This document shows, one piece after another, positions 1 to 9,642 of a DNA stretch of 58,640 bases (position 1 is its first letter; every line of letters starts with the position of its first letter). The position numbers were made by a program, and so were the translations under genes. The DNA lies in contig JBBSKF010000004.1 in the NCBI GenBank assembly GCA_038256525.1, positions 1 to 58,640 on the forward strand. The letters run 5' to 3'. This DNA is from Mycobacteriales bacterium. GTDB lineage: Bacteria > Actinomycetota > Actinomycetes > Mycobacteriales > SCTD01. Under the pieces are notes generated by a model, which had not been told where the DNA came from, ran no database searches, and saw nothing but the letters and a program-made list of their open reading frames with translations.

Positions 1-158
1 GCCGGCCTACCCATTGTGGGCAAGGTGGCGTAATCACCGTCGAGACGGGCGTGTCGCATACGTACTCGGGGGCGGCGCGGGTCAGCGGAAGTCCTCACGC
101 GGCAACGCACGCGTAAAGTCATCAGGAGATGATGCAAACCGTGCCTCTGGAGGTCCTC

Positions 159-356
159 ATGCGCACAACCCTGGTTTTGGATGACGACCTGCTCACGGAG
201 GCACAACGGCTCACCGGCACGACCGAGAAGACCGCCCTCGTCCGGCAAGCCCTGCGCGCGCTGATCGAGCGCGAGAGCGCCCGCCGACTGGCCACGCTGG
301 GCGGGACGGAACCAGGCCTGGCCATCGCGCCACGCCGCCGCCCCGAGGACACATGA
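159..356 (+). CDS. vapB: Type II antitoxin, VapB-like
   Basis: ORF 129..356. The MRTTLVLDDDLL N-terminus typical of VapB antitoxins starts at ATG 159, preceded by GGAGG (149-153). ATGA stop/start overlap with the downstream PIN gene. Confidence 0.75.
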   Translation: MRTTLVLDDDLLTEAQRLTGTTEKTALVRQALRALIERESARRLATLGGTEPGLAIAPRRRPEDT

Positions 357-730
357 TCCTGGTCGACACCTCGATCTGGGTCGATCATCTCCGGAACGGC
401 GACAGCGCGCTCGCGCGACTGCTCGACGCCGGCCTCGTGCTCGGCCACCCCTGGGTGGTCGGTGAACTCGCTCTGGGTCATCTGGCGCAGCGCCAGGAGA
501 TCCTGCGCCTGCTCCACAGCCTGCCGGCAGCGCCGATGGCCGAGGCCGAAGAGATTCTCCTGTTCATCGAACGCCACCAACTGATGGGACGAGGAATCGG
601 GTACGTCGATGCTCACCTGCTCGTCGCCGCCCGACTTGCCGCGGCGAGCGTGTGGACCCGCGACAAGCGCTTGGCCGCCATCGCGGCTGATCTGGGTCAA
701 GCCGTCGCTCCGAGTCTGGTCGAGCAGTAG
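353..730 (+). CDS. vapC: PIN-domain toxin VapC
   Basis: 125 aa starting MILVDTSIWVDHLR, the typical PIN N-terminal acidic motif. Paired with the upstream antitoxin through a 4-nt overlap. Confidence 0.85.
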   Translation: MILVDTSIWVDHLRNGDSALARLLDAGLVLGHPWVVGELALGHLAQRQEILRLLHSLPAAPMAEAEEILLFIERHQLMGRGIGYVDAHLLVAARLAAASVWTRDKRLAAIAADLGQAVAPSLVEQ

Positions 731-855
731 CCCGTCCCGAACGGCTGCAAGGAGCACCGCCCCACCCCGGCCTTGACCCTCCGAAGTGCCTGAGCAACGC
801 CGTACTTGGGCGGTTCTCGGCGCGGCGGAACCGTCGGAAGTCCGGCGTTGATCAC

Positions 856-868
856 GGGGGGGGGGGGG
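856..868. repeat. Homopolymeric G13 tract (intergenic)
   Basis: Read directly: cac-ggggggggggggg-ct, lying between vapC and the stop of the Uma2 pseudogene. Confidence 0.9.
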
Positions 869-874
869 CTGACC

Positions 875-1424
875 TCAGTCGAGCAGCGCCCGCGGGCAGA
901 GCCGGACGGGAAAGGGCAGGTCGAGCGCGAGCACCTGGTCCCCAGTGACACACCCGACCTCGACGTAGCGGCCGTCCCGCAGCTGCAGAGCCGTCACGGA
1001 GGGTTCAGCCGGGTCGACCATCCAGTACGACGCCACGCCGCTGTCCTCGTACAGGCCCCGCTTGAGCAGCAGATCCTTGGACCGAGTCGATGGCGACAGC
1101 ACCTCGACGGCCAGGAGCAACGGCGCGACGATGTTGGTCTCCCCCACGTCACTGCACCGCACGACCAGCAGGTCGGGCTGGAGCGAACGACGGTTCGTCG
1201 GCTGGAAGTCCAAGGGGGCCAGCAACACCTGCAGGTCCCGGGGGCAGGCGGCCCGCAGAAGCAGGTGCAGCTCCCCGAGAACGACCTGGTGACGCGACCG
1301 GGGCGCCGGGCTCACGAGCAAGCACCCCGTCGGCCAACTCGTACTGCAGCCCGTCGTCCGGGAGCGCGGCCAGGTCCGCCACGGTCCAGTCATCGCCACG
1401 CGGCATCACCGTCACCCGGTTCAT
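875..1424 (-). pseudogene. Uma2-family (DUF820) endonuclease, frameshifted
   Basis: The N-terminus MNRVTVMPRGDDWTVADLAALPDDGLQYELADGVL is in the frame of ORF 1149..1490 (ATG at 1424). The rest, LLVSPAPRSRHQVVLGELHLLL...KRGLYEDSGVASYWMVDP, is in the frame of ORF 875..1399. One frameshift near 1320. Confidence 0.7.
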
Positions 1425-1583
1425 TCTGCTCCCCCTCCGGCGCACGTCCACGACGGCCGAGCGGTCCGAACGGCACGACTGGCTCCGCACCGTCGCTGCT
1501 ACCCCTCCGGTTCTCGGTGCCGCGACCGCCCCGGCCGAGGCGGCGGTCCGGCACCCGGTTCACCTTGCCCGGCAGCCCAGCCC

Positions 1584-2454
1584 CTACCGATAGAGCTCTT
1601 CCAGGTCGATCAGGTGTGCATCCGACCGCCCGCGGACGGCATCGCGCAGCGCCCGGTCGAACCCGTTGCGGCCGAACAGTGCGAGGTGTGCGCCGCCGGC
1701 ATCGACGCCGCGTGCCGTCAGCGACGTGCGCAGCAGGTCCAGCCGTTCCAGGTCACGCGGCGAGCGCGGCGTGTTCGCTGCCTTCGCCTCGCCGGCGTCC
1801 AGGTCTGGGCGAGGCGCTCGAAATGCGGGCCCAGGATGTGGGCCGACACCGACGCTTGCGCTGCGGCCCAGACGTGTTCGCTCTGACGCTCTTCGAGCAG
1901 CTCGCGATAGGGCTCGATCACGAGCTGCCCGAGACGGACGATCGGATCGGCGACGAAGTAGGTCGGGCGCCGCTGCAGGAGCACGTCTTCCTCTGCTAGG
2001 CGGGGTCAGGGCCGAGCTGGATCGACCGAGGGCACGTCCGAACTCCCGCGGGCTGTGCCGTCCGGTGGCGATCACATACAAGATCGTGTCGTACAGCGCC
2101 TTGTCCTGCACGCGAGGGTCTTCCCGCAGCAGATATCCGGTCTCGTCGAACAGCGCGTGCGCCGGGTTGAGCAGGGTCCGGGACAAAGCTGCGGGCGAGC
2201 CGGAAGTCGAAGGGTCGGACCAGCAGGACGCTCGGGATCTCCGGGCTGTGGTCGAGCAGATAGGGCAGTTCGTCGAGTACGAGGAGGCGCGCCGGTCCGC
2301 TGCCGCCCGGTCCGGCGGCGCGCCGCCGCCGGTCAACCCGAGCGCGGTGCGGAAGGCGACGGACCAGTCCGGGAACTGGACAGCGCCAGGCGGCAGGCCG
2401 AGTCATTCGCCGACGACCGCGCTGAAGGGCGCTGACCCGGTCGCCAGGCGGCAC
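1584..2454 (-). pseudogene. AAA-type ATPase (DUF234-like) remnant, multiply frameshifted and N-terminally truncated
   Basis: Pieces of one protein are spread over three minus-strand frames (1584..2336, 1718..1984, 1996..2454): LLVLDELPYLLDHSPEIPSVL, LLNPAHALFDETGYLLREDPRVQDKALYDTILYVIATG, YFVADPIVRLGQLVIEPYRELLEE, ...HLIDLEELYR. No Walker A segment was found. Confidence 0.55.
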
Positions 2455-2463
2455 ACTTCATCC

Positions 2464-3975
2464 GTGCCCTCCCCCGCCGGCTCCACCTCGGCCTTCACCC
2501 AGCTGCGCGCACTCATCGCGCTCCGCCGGACGATGGTGCGCTCGCGAGGGGGCCGAGTCGGCTTCCTGCTGCTAGCCCTGATCGTGCCGCTAGGGCTGGT
2601 AGGGGCCGCGTCGGCGGGGCAGTTCATCCCAGTCGAGCAGGCCTTCGAACTGAGTCTGGTCGCTCCCACAGTGTTCCTGGGCTTCGCGATCCTGTCGCTG
2701 TTGTCTCCCCTCGCCTCCGGCGGCGGCCAGGACCTCTACCCGCCCGAGCAGCTGGTGGCCTTCCCGGTGCGCGCCAGCACCCAGTTCCTCTCCGGGCTCG
2801 CCGTGCTGCCCCTCAACCTGGCGTGGGTAACCCAGCTGCTTGCCGTCGTCGCGGCCGCGTTCCTCCTGCTGCCCTTCTCTGTCTCAGCGCTGCCGGCCAC
2901 CATCGTGCTGACGGCGTACGTGCTGGCCGTCTCGGCTGCAGGGCAGCTGGTCACGTGGTTCTCCATCGGCCTGCGGCGGAACCGGCCCGGCCGGCTGCTG
3001 GTGTGGGGACTCGTCTCGGTCCTGGCCGTCGGCGGCATCATCGCCGTGCGGTTCGTCGGCGCCACGAACCTTCTCGACGCCAGCCCGACCACCCAAGTGG
3101 TGATCGCGGTGCTGAATGCAGGGCTAGGTGCTGCCGCCGGCGAGTGGCCGACCCTGGCCGTTCTCCTCGTGCTGGCTGCAGCCGGCCTGGCGCTCGGCTG
3201 GCGCACGTGCGCCTGGGCGCTGCACCGACCCGGGGACGCGGGGGTCTTTCGCGAGTCGCGGCCGGTTCGTCGCCGGCCTGACATCTCGTTGGCCATGGTT
3301 GACCGCGCCAGCGTCTGGCGCTCCCCCTCCCTGCGCCGAGGGGTGCTGGTCCTCGGGCTCCTGCCGGGGGGCATCTCGGCCGTGCTCGGGATCGACTGGA
3401 CGACGCTGGTCATCCTGCCCGGCCTAGTCGCTGCCGGCGCGGGGCTGCTGTTCGGGGTCAACGCCTTCTGCCTCGACGGGACAGGCGCGGTATGGCTCGC
3501 CTCCCTGCCGCACGACCCCGCCTTGGCGATCCGGGCCAAGACCCAGGTGCTGGCCGAAGCCTGCCTCGGCTGCGTGCTGCTCGCCGTGGTCGCCGCCGTG
3601 CTGCGCGTCGACAGGCTCCCGACGTCCGCGGAGCTCAGCGCTCTGCTGTGCGCCGTCGTCGTCACGATCGCCTCGGTCGTCGGGACGTGCCTGCGCTACT
3701 CGACGACGCGACCGCACAAAGCTGAGTTACGAGGTTCGCGCGACACTCCGGCGCCGCCCGGAGCAATGGCGGTCTACTCACTGCGCCTAGCGATGGGCAC
3801 GACCTTCCTGGGACTCCTCCTGTCCGGCGCCGCCCAGCTCGGTGTCTGGTGGCTGCCCTGGCTCGTCGCCACCCCTGCGCTCCTGCTGGCGGCGCGACGT
3901 GTGGTTACCGCCTGGTCACGCTGGGCTGACCCGCCGACCCGAGCCTGGGTGGTGGCGACAGTGGCACAGGGATGA
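2464..3975 (+). CDS. Multi-pass membrane protein, ABC-permease-like (paralog of 54893..56389)
   Basis: C-terminal ~500 aa of ORF 1666..3975, strongly hydrophobic with 10 or more TM-like segments. Shares LPGLVAAGAGLLFGVNAFCLDG and VDRASVWR with the paralog. Start set at GTG 2464 because paralog similarity (TSAxxQL) extends upstream of ATG 2533. The start is uncertain. Confidence 0.6.
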   Translation: MPSPAGSTSAFTQLRALIALRRTMVRSRGGRVGFLLLALIVPLGLVGAASAGQFIPVEQAFELSLVAPTVFLGFAILSLLSPLASGGGQDLYPPEQLVAFPVRASTQFLSGLAVLPLNLAWVTQLLAVVAAAFLLLPFSVSALPATIVLTAYVLAVSAAGQLVTWFSIGLRRNRPGRLLVWGLVSVLAVGGIIAVRFVGATNLLDASPTTQVVIAVLNAGLGAAAGEWPTLAVLLVLAAAGLALGWRTCAWALHRPGDAGVFRESRPVRRRPDISLAMVDRASVWRSPSLRRGVLVLGLLPGGISAVLGIDWTTLVILPGLVAAGAGLLFGVNAFCLDGTGAVWLASLPHDPALAIRAKTQVLAEACLGCVLLAVVAAVLRVDRLPTSAELSALLCAVVVTIASVVGTCLRYSTTRPHKAELRGSRDTPAPPGAMAVYSLRLAMGTTFLGLLLSGAAQLGVWWLPWLVATPALLLAARRVVTAWSRWADPPTRAWVVATVAQG

Positions 3976-4374
3976 GCGAGCCGCGATCCCTGTGATTCGG
4001 CCTCAGCAGGGGGTCACCCTGCGTAGGCTTACCGGATCGAGGAGACAGCGATGCAGGGGGCGCACGTCAGGGTGGGACGAGGGATGCGGCACGGAGGCGG
4101 CGAGCGAGGCGCGAACGGCGGTCCGGCGACCCGTCGAAGCAGCGGACCCCCGATGTTGGAACGCGCCAGGAGCATCGCGTGCTCTGCCGCCGCTTCGACG
4201 GCTGCAACGCCGTAAGTCGTACGTTTCAGGAATGAGCAGGTACTCAAGAATGAGGAGCAACGCCCCGATGGCACGTCAGGAAGTCAGCAAAGTCTCGGCC
4301 GGCGAAACGTGCAGGACTTCAGCCGCGGTCCCCCCAATCTGGGTGACGCATGCTCGAGAGGGACAGGACCGCAC

Positions 4375-5097
4375 GTGAATCGCCGCATCGCCCTGCTGTT
4401 GGCCGCCGTTCTCATTGCCGGCCTGGGCACGACACTGGTCTTCCTTTATGTGAAATCTGCCGACGACCGAGCGATCGAGGCACAGGCCCCGGTGACCGTC
4501 CTCGTCGCCAAACTGCCGATTGCCGCGGGGACCAGGGTCCAAGATGCAGCCAACGCCGGATCGTTCGAGGCACAAGAGTTTCCGGCTGGGTCCGTGACAC
4601 CTGGGGCGCTTTCCAGCGTGGATGCCCTGAGCGACTCTGTGGCTGTGACCTCGATCTTCCTCGGCCAGCAGATAATTGGGGCCATGTTTGCCGCCGCAGG
4701 CACAGCACCAGCCACTGGGGGCGCCGGCGTGGTGCTCCCTGCCGGCCAGATCGCCGTCACCGTTGAGATTGCGGTCCCTGAGCAGCGGGTCGCCGGATAT
4801 GTCGTGGCCGGGAGCGAGATCGTGGTCTTCATGTCGGCGCCGGATGCGACCCGCGTGCTCATTCCGCGCGCAACCGTCTTGAAGACAGTGCCACCAACGC
4901 CACAAACGAACCCTCCGACGGCCGCCGTTGAGACGTTCCTGGGAACACTGTTCACCTTGGCCCTGACCCAGGCGGACGCCGAGAAGATCATCTTCGCTTC
5001 GGACGACGGCAGGGGCACCCTCCACTTCGGCCTACTCGATGATGCCTCACAGGTTGCCCCCGGCCCCGGTGCCAACGCCGACAACCTGTTCCCCTAG
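4375..5097 (+). CDS. cpaB: Flp pilus assembly protein CpaB/RcpC
   Basis: GTG 4375. N-terminal TM (RRIALLLAAVLIAGLGTTLVFLYV) followed by a SAF-like segment (VTVLVAKLPIAAGTRV). First gene of the tad assembly block. Confidence 0.8.
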   Translation: MNRRIALLLAAVLIAGLGTTLVFLYVKSADDRAIEAQAPVTVLVAKLPIAAGTRVQDAANAGSFEAQEFPAGSVTPGALSSVDALSDSVAVTSIFLGQQIIGAMFAAAGTAPATGGAGVVLPAGQIAVTVEIAVPEQRVAGYVVAGSEIVVFMSAPDATRVLIPRATVLKTVPPTPQTNPPTAAVETFLGTLFTLALTQADAEKIIFASDDGRGTLHFGLLDDASQVAPGPGANADNLFP

Positions 5098-5108
5098 ATC
5101 GGAGCCCC

Positions 5109-6314
5109 GTGACCGTCATCGTCAGTCTCGACCGCTCTGCGGCGGAGACGCTGCGCACCGCCATCGGCCCTGACACCGACGTGCTGGACTCGGTCCAGGA
5201 TGTGACACGCCACCTCACCGATCACCCAGCCGAGTCCGTCATCGTCGTTGCTCCCTCGGTCGACATGGGCGCTGCCCTCTCCCTCGCCGAGTCGCTGCGG
5301 GTCTCCAAGCCACACATCGGTGTCGTGCTGGTGCGGCAGCGCGTCGACAGCACCCTGCTTGCCGAAGCGCTGCGCTGCGGTGTCCGCGATGTCGTCGGTG
5401 ATCGGGACCTGTCCGCCGTCAGCGACGCCGTCCGACGCGCCCGTGAGCTGGCCGCGCGGATGCGGCAGCACAGCGACGAGGACATCAGCGAGCAGGAAGC
5501 TCGCCGAGGCAGGGTGATCACCGTCTTCTCGGCTAAGGGCGGATGCGGCAAGACCACCCTGTCCACCAACCTCGCCGCCACACTCGCTGACGGTGGCAAG
5601 CGCCAGGTGTGCCTGGTCGACCTTGACCTTGCCTTCGGTGACGTCTCCATCGCGCTCCAGCTCTTTCCTGCCCACACGATCGCCGACGCCGTGCCGCTGG
5701 CGGACACGCTCGATGTGAGCGGCCTGCGAGCCCTGCTGACGCAGCACTCCCCCGGCCTGTCCGCGCTGTCCGCGCCGTTGGAACCAGGGCAGGCCGAGCA
5801 CATCCCCGCCTCTCTGGTGAGCGATCTGTTGCACATCCTGCGCGACCAGTTCGACTTCGTCGTGATCGACACCCCGCCAGCCTTCACCGACCACGTGCTG
5901 GCAGCCTTCGACATCAGCGATGTGGTCGCTCTTCTGGCTACCCTGGACATCCCTGCAGTCAAGAACCTGAAATTGTCTCTGGAGACGCTCGAACTGCTCA
6001 ACTATCCGAAGGAGAAGTGGCGCGTGATCCTCAACCGTGCCGACTCCAAGGTGGGACTGGACATCGGTGAGGTCGCGAAGAGCTTGCACCTGACGATCGC
6101 CGCCCAGATCCCCTCGTCCCGCGCCGTGCCGGCCAGCATCAACCGAGGTGTCCCGATCGCGCTCGATGAGCCCCAACACCCAGTCAGTCAAGCGATCCGG
6201 CTGTTCGCCGAGCAGCATGTCCTGACCATGGTCGGGACAGGCGCCTCCGTCATTCCGGCGTCGCTCCGCAACGACCGGCGCGGGCTTCTACGCAGGAAGG
6301 CCAAGCAGACATGA
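5109..6314 (+). CDS. tadZ: TadZ/CpaE-type ATPase (atypical receiver domain + MinD/ParA-like ATPase)
   Basis: Deviant Walker A VFSAKGGCGKTTLSTNLA, with an N-terminal receiver-like domain. ATGA overlap with tadA. Confidence 0.8.
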   Translation: MTVIVSLDRSAAETLRTAIGPDTDVLDSVQDVTRHLTDHPAESVIVVAPSVDMGAALSLAESLRVSKPHIGVVLVRQRVDSTLLAEALRCGVRDVVGDRDLSAVSDAVRRARELAARMRQHSDEDISEQEARRGRVITVFSAKGGCGKTTLSTNLAATLADGGKRQVCLVDLDLAFGDVSIALQLFPAHTIADAVPLADTLDVSGLRALLTQHSPGLSALSAPLEPGQAEHIPASLVSDLLHILRDQFDFVVIDTPPAFTDHVLAAFDISDVVALLATLDIPAVKNLKLSLETLELLNYPKEKWRVILNRADSKVGLDIGEVAKSLHLTIAAQIPSSRAVPASINRGVPIALDEPQHPVSQAIRLFAEQHVLTMVGTGASVIPASLRNDRRGLLRRKAKQT

Positions 6315-7705
6315 CACTCGCCGACCGGCTGGCCAAGGCCAAGCGTGAGCGTGTCGACTCGACGACTCACGACGCGACCGAGAGCATGGGCGGTGCTACC
6401 CCGGCCAGGCAGAAGCGCAGGACAACCGATCCCTTCGGAGAGCTCAAGCGCACCGTGCACATATCGCTGCTCGAGGCACTAGGGCCCAAGCTCTACGACT
6501 CGAAGATGACGCAGTCCGAGCTCGAGACGAAGGTGCGCAGCACCTTGCAGGAAGTCCTGTCCCGCGAGGAGACACCACTCACGGTGTCTGACCGCACGCG
6601 GATCTCGCAGGACATCGCGGACGACATCCTCGGTTACGGTCCGCTGGAGCCGTTCCTGCGCGACGCGGAGGTCACCGAGGTGATGGTCAACGGGCCGCAC
6701 TCGATCTACATCGAGCGTTCCGGTCGGATCACCGCTGTGGATGCGGGCTTCACCGACGAGGCACACCTGCGCCGGACGATTGAGAAGATCGTGGCCCGGG
6801 TCGGGCGGCGGGTGGACGAGGCCAGTCCGATGGTCGACGCGCGCTTGCCTGACGGCAGCCGCGTCAACGCTGTCGTCCCGCCGCTAGCGCTCGATGGCTC
6901 GCTGCTCACCATCCGCAAGTTCGCCACCGACCCCTACCAGATCGAGGATCTGATCAGCTTCGGGACGCTGACCAGGCAGGTCGCGGACTTCCTCGACTCC
7001 TGCGTCGCCGGACGCCTCAACGTGCTGGTCTCCGGCGGCACCGGCACCGGCAAGACGACGACGCTCAACGTCCTCTCTTCCTTCATCCCAGCGGAGGAGC
7101 GGATCGTCACGATCGAGGACTCCGCCGAGCTCCAACTCCACCAGGATCACGTCCTGCGGCTCGAAACCCGCCCGCGCAACGTCGAGGGGCGCGGCGAGGT
7201 CACGATTCGCGATTTGGTCCGCAACTCGCTGCGCATGCGGCCCGACCGCATCGTGGTGGGTGAGATTCGCGACGCCGCCGCCCTCGACATGTTGCAGGCG
7301 ATGAACACCGGCCATGACGGGTCGATCTGCACCGTCCACGCCAACAGCCCACGGGATGCGCTCGCCCGGGTCGAGACGATGGTCCTGATGGCCGGCATCG
7401 AGCTGCCGATACGCGCCATCCGCGAGCAGGTAGCCAGCGCACTGGACCTGATCGTGCACTTGACCCGCATGAAGGACGGGAGCCGCCGGATCACCCACAT
7501 CACCGAGGTCGTCGGCATGGAGGGCGACATCATCACGTTGCAGGATCTGTTCGTCTTCGACCACTCCGAGGGCTTCGACGAAGACGGCCGCGTTCTGGGA
7601 CAGCTGCGCTCGATGGGCCTGCGACCCAAGTTCCTGGACCATCTGGCTGCGAACAATGTCCAGGTCGACCCAGGCGCCTTCCGGATGGAGATGGGCCGTC
7701 GATGA
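6311..7705 (+). CDS. tadA: Tad secretion ATPase CpaF/TadA
   Basis: Walker [15 protein letters not shown], plus the [12 protein letters not shown] and [20 protein letters not shown] motifs of the VirB11/CpaF family. Confidence 0.95.
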   Translation: MTLADRLAKAKRERVDSTTHDATESMGGATPARQKRRTTDPFGELKRTVHISLLEALGPKLYDSKMTQSELETKVRSTLQEVLSREETPLTVSDRTRISQDIADDILGYGPLEPFLRDAEVTEVMVNGPHSIYIERSGRITAVDAGFTDEAHLRRTIEKIVARVGRRVDEASPMVDARLPDGSRVNAVVPPLALDGSLLTIRKFATDPYQIEDLISFGTLTRQVADFLDSCVAGRLNVLVSGGTGTGKTTTLNVLSSFIPAEERIVTIEDSAELQLHQDHVLRLETRPRNVEGRGEVTIRDLVRNSLRMRPDRIVVGEIRDAAALDMLQAMNTGHDGSICTVHANSPRDALARVETMVLMAGIELPIRAIREQVASALDLIVHLTRMKDGSRRITHITEVVGMEGDIITLQDLFVFDHSEGFDEDGRVLGQLRSMGLRPKFLDHLAANNVQVDPGAFRMEMGRR

Positions 7706-9642
7706 GGTCAGGGCGCGCAGTAGCCGTCCTGCTCGCCGCGGGCTGCCTTGCTCTGGTTTCAGCCGGGCCGGCGTCCGCAGAGGCCAAGGGACGCATCGTC
7801 GGCATCCAGCCCGCGAACGGCGAGCTCAAGCTCTCCTTCAGCGTCGCCGGCCTGCTGCCCGGCGAACAGATCGACCTGTCGAGCGTCGGGGTGACCCTGG
7901 CCGGCCAGGCGCTGGACGTCACCGCCGAGACGGCGGCCGCGGCGGCTGGTCCTCCGGTCGCCCGCAGTGTCATCCTGACCATCGACACAAGTGGCAGCAT
8001 GGTCGGCGCCGGCATCACCGGTGCGCGGGCGGCGGCGGCGGCCTACTTGGCGAGCGTGCCCGCGGACGTGCAGGTCGGCCTGGTCACCTTCGCTAGCACG
8101 GCCCAACTCGTGATCCCCCTCACGATCGACCGTGGGCCGATCGGCGCCGCCGTGGCGGCTCTTCAGGCGACAGGGGAGACCGCCCTCTACGACGGCACAG
8201 CGCTCGCCGCCAACAGCTTTCCTGACAGTGGCGACCGACAGATCCTGTTGCTCAGTGACGGAGCGGACACGGTCAGCAAGACCTCCCTCACGCAGGTGAC
8301 CGACCTGCTGGCGCAGGGCGACGTCGCGTTCAACGCGGTTGTCTTTAGGACCGCCGAGGTGCAAAACACCCTGGAGCAGCTCGCCGTCGCTGCCGGTGGC
8401 CGGGTCGTCTCCACCGAGCAGACCGCCGAGCTAAGCGCCGCCTTTACTGCGGCGGCGACCGACGACAGCAACGAGATTGTCTTGACCGCCGCGATCCCGG
8501 CCGGCTTCACCGCGCGCGAGGGCACGGTCGTCGTCACGGCAATGGCAGCCGGGCAACGGCTCAGCGACTCGGCGCTCGCCGTCGGCCTGACCGCTCCGCC
8601 GCCGGAGGCAGCGCCGGTGCCTGTTGGACCGCGTCCGGCCGAGCTGGCGCCCGCCTTCCTGCGCACTCCCGTGACGCTCTACCTCGCGTTGACCGCAATG
8701 TTCTTCGGCCTGCTTTTCCTGGTCGGCACCGCGGTTGCTGGCCTTCGAGGTCGCGACTCCGTGTCGGGTCAGCTGGCCATCTACACCCTTGGCAGTCGAG
8801 GCGGCAGGGGCAAGCAGGCCGTGCCAGAGGACGGTCGCAACCCGATCGCGCGATCGATGATGGGCGTCGCGGAGAGCGTGGTGAAAAGCAGAGACCTCGA
8901 GGCCCGGCTGGGCCAGCGCCTGGACGCCGGCGGCATCCCGCTCAAGCCGGCCGAGTGGCTGCTCCTGCACGTCGGCATCGCGTTCTGCGTGCCCCTGCTG
9001 GTCCTGTTCATCACCAACGCCAACATCGTCCTGACCGTCCTCGCTGTGTTCCTGTCCGTGTTCGGTCCTTGGGGTTACCTCAAGCTCAAGAAGCGCCTTC
9101 GCACCCGCGCGTTCCTCGCCCAGCTGCCCGACGTGCTTCAGCTGATGTCGGGGTCGCTCAGCGCCGGCTACTCCCTTCCACAAGCCGTCGACGCTGTCGT
9201 TCGCCAAGGCAATGAACCGGTCGCCACCGAGTTCAACAAGGCCCTGGTCGAGGCCCGGATCGGTGCACCGATCGAGGACGCCTTGGACGACGTAGGCACG
9301 CGCATGGGCAGCGTGGACTTCGGCTGGGTAGTCATGGCGATCCGGATCCAGCGCGACGTCGGAGGCAACCTCTCCGAGATCCTGTCCACCGTCGCTGCCA
9401 CCTTACGGGAGCGCGAGCGGTTGCGTCGCCAGGTGCAGGTGCTGTCGGCCGAGGGCAAGCTCTCCGCCTACATCCTGGGTGGTCTGCCGGTGGCGTTCGG
9501 CTTTTATCTGCTCCTGACCCGGCCGGAGTACCTCAAGCCGCTGGTCACTGATCCGATCGGCTTCATCCTGCTCGGCGGCATGGCGATGCTCATGACCGTA
9601 GGCTCGTTGTGGATGAAGAAGGTCGTCACGGTGGAGGTCTGA
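7702..9642 (+). CDS. tadB: Fusion protein: secreted VWA domain + TadB (T2SS-F) platform domain
   Basis: Signal peptide (AVAVLLAAGCLALVSAGPASAEA). MIDAS-type VWA motif (ILTIDTSGSM ... LLSDGADT). TM segments, then a C-terminal T2SSF domain (LPDVLQLMSGSLSAGYSLPQAV...). Confidence 0.85.
   Translation: MRSGRAVAVLLAAGCLALVSAGPASAEAKGRIVGIQPANGELKLSFSVAGLLPGEQIDLSSVGVTLAGQALDVTAETAAAAAGPPVARSVILTIDTSGSMVGAGITGARAAAAAYLASVPADVQVGLVTFASTAQLVIPLTIDRGPIGAAVAALQATGETALYDGTALAANSFPDSGDRQILLLSDGADTVSKTSLTQVTDLLAQGDVAFNAVVFRTAEVQNTLEQLAVAAGGRVVSTEQTAELSAAFTAAATDDSNEIVLTAAIPAGFTAREGTVVVTAMAAGQRLSDSALAVGLTAPPPEAAPVPVGPRPAELAPAFLRTPVTLYLALTAMFFGLLFLVGTAVAGLRGRDSVSGQLAIYTLGSRGGRGKQAVPEDGRNPIARSMMGVAESVVKSRDLEARLGQRLDAGGIPLKPAEWLLLHVGIAFCVPLLVLFITNANIVLTVLAVFLSVFGPWGYLKLKKRLRTRAFLAQLPDVLQLMSGSLSAGYSLPQAVDAVVRQGNEPVATEFNKALVEARIGAPIEDALDDVGTRMGSVDFGWVVMAIRIQRDVGGNLSEILSTVAATLRERERLRRQVQVLSAEGKLSAYILGGLPVAFGFYLLLTRPEYLKPLVTDPIGFILLGGMAMLMTVGSLWMKKVVTVEV

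Noticed and set aside
1666-2463. N-terminal ~266 codons of the 769-aa ORF 1666..3975, as part of the permease.
   Set aside because: The translation is Arg/Ser/Ala-rich and non-hydrophobic. It overlaps the ATPase pseudogene on the other strand, and paralog similarity begins only near 2470.
4029-4274. Minus-strand ORF containing GVAAVEAAAEHAMLLA, considered as a possible Flp-like pilin upstream of cpaB.
   Set aside because: It has no G/xxxxEY processing motif and no ~20-residue hydrophobic core. The rest of the translation is Arg/Pro-rich, so it is likely non-coding 5' region.
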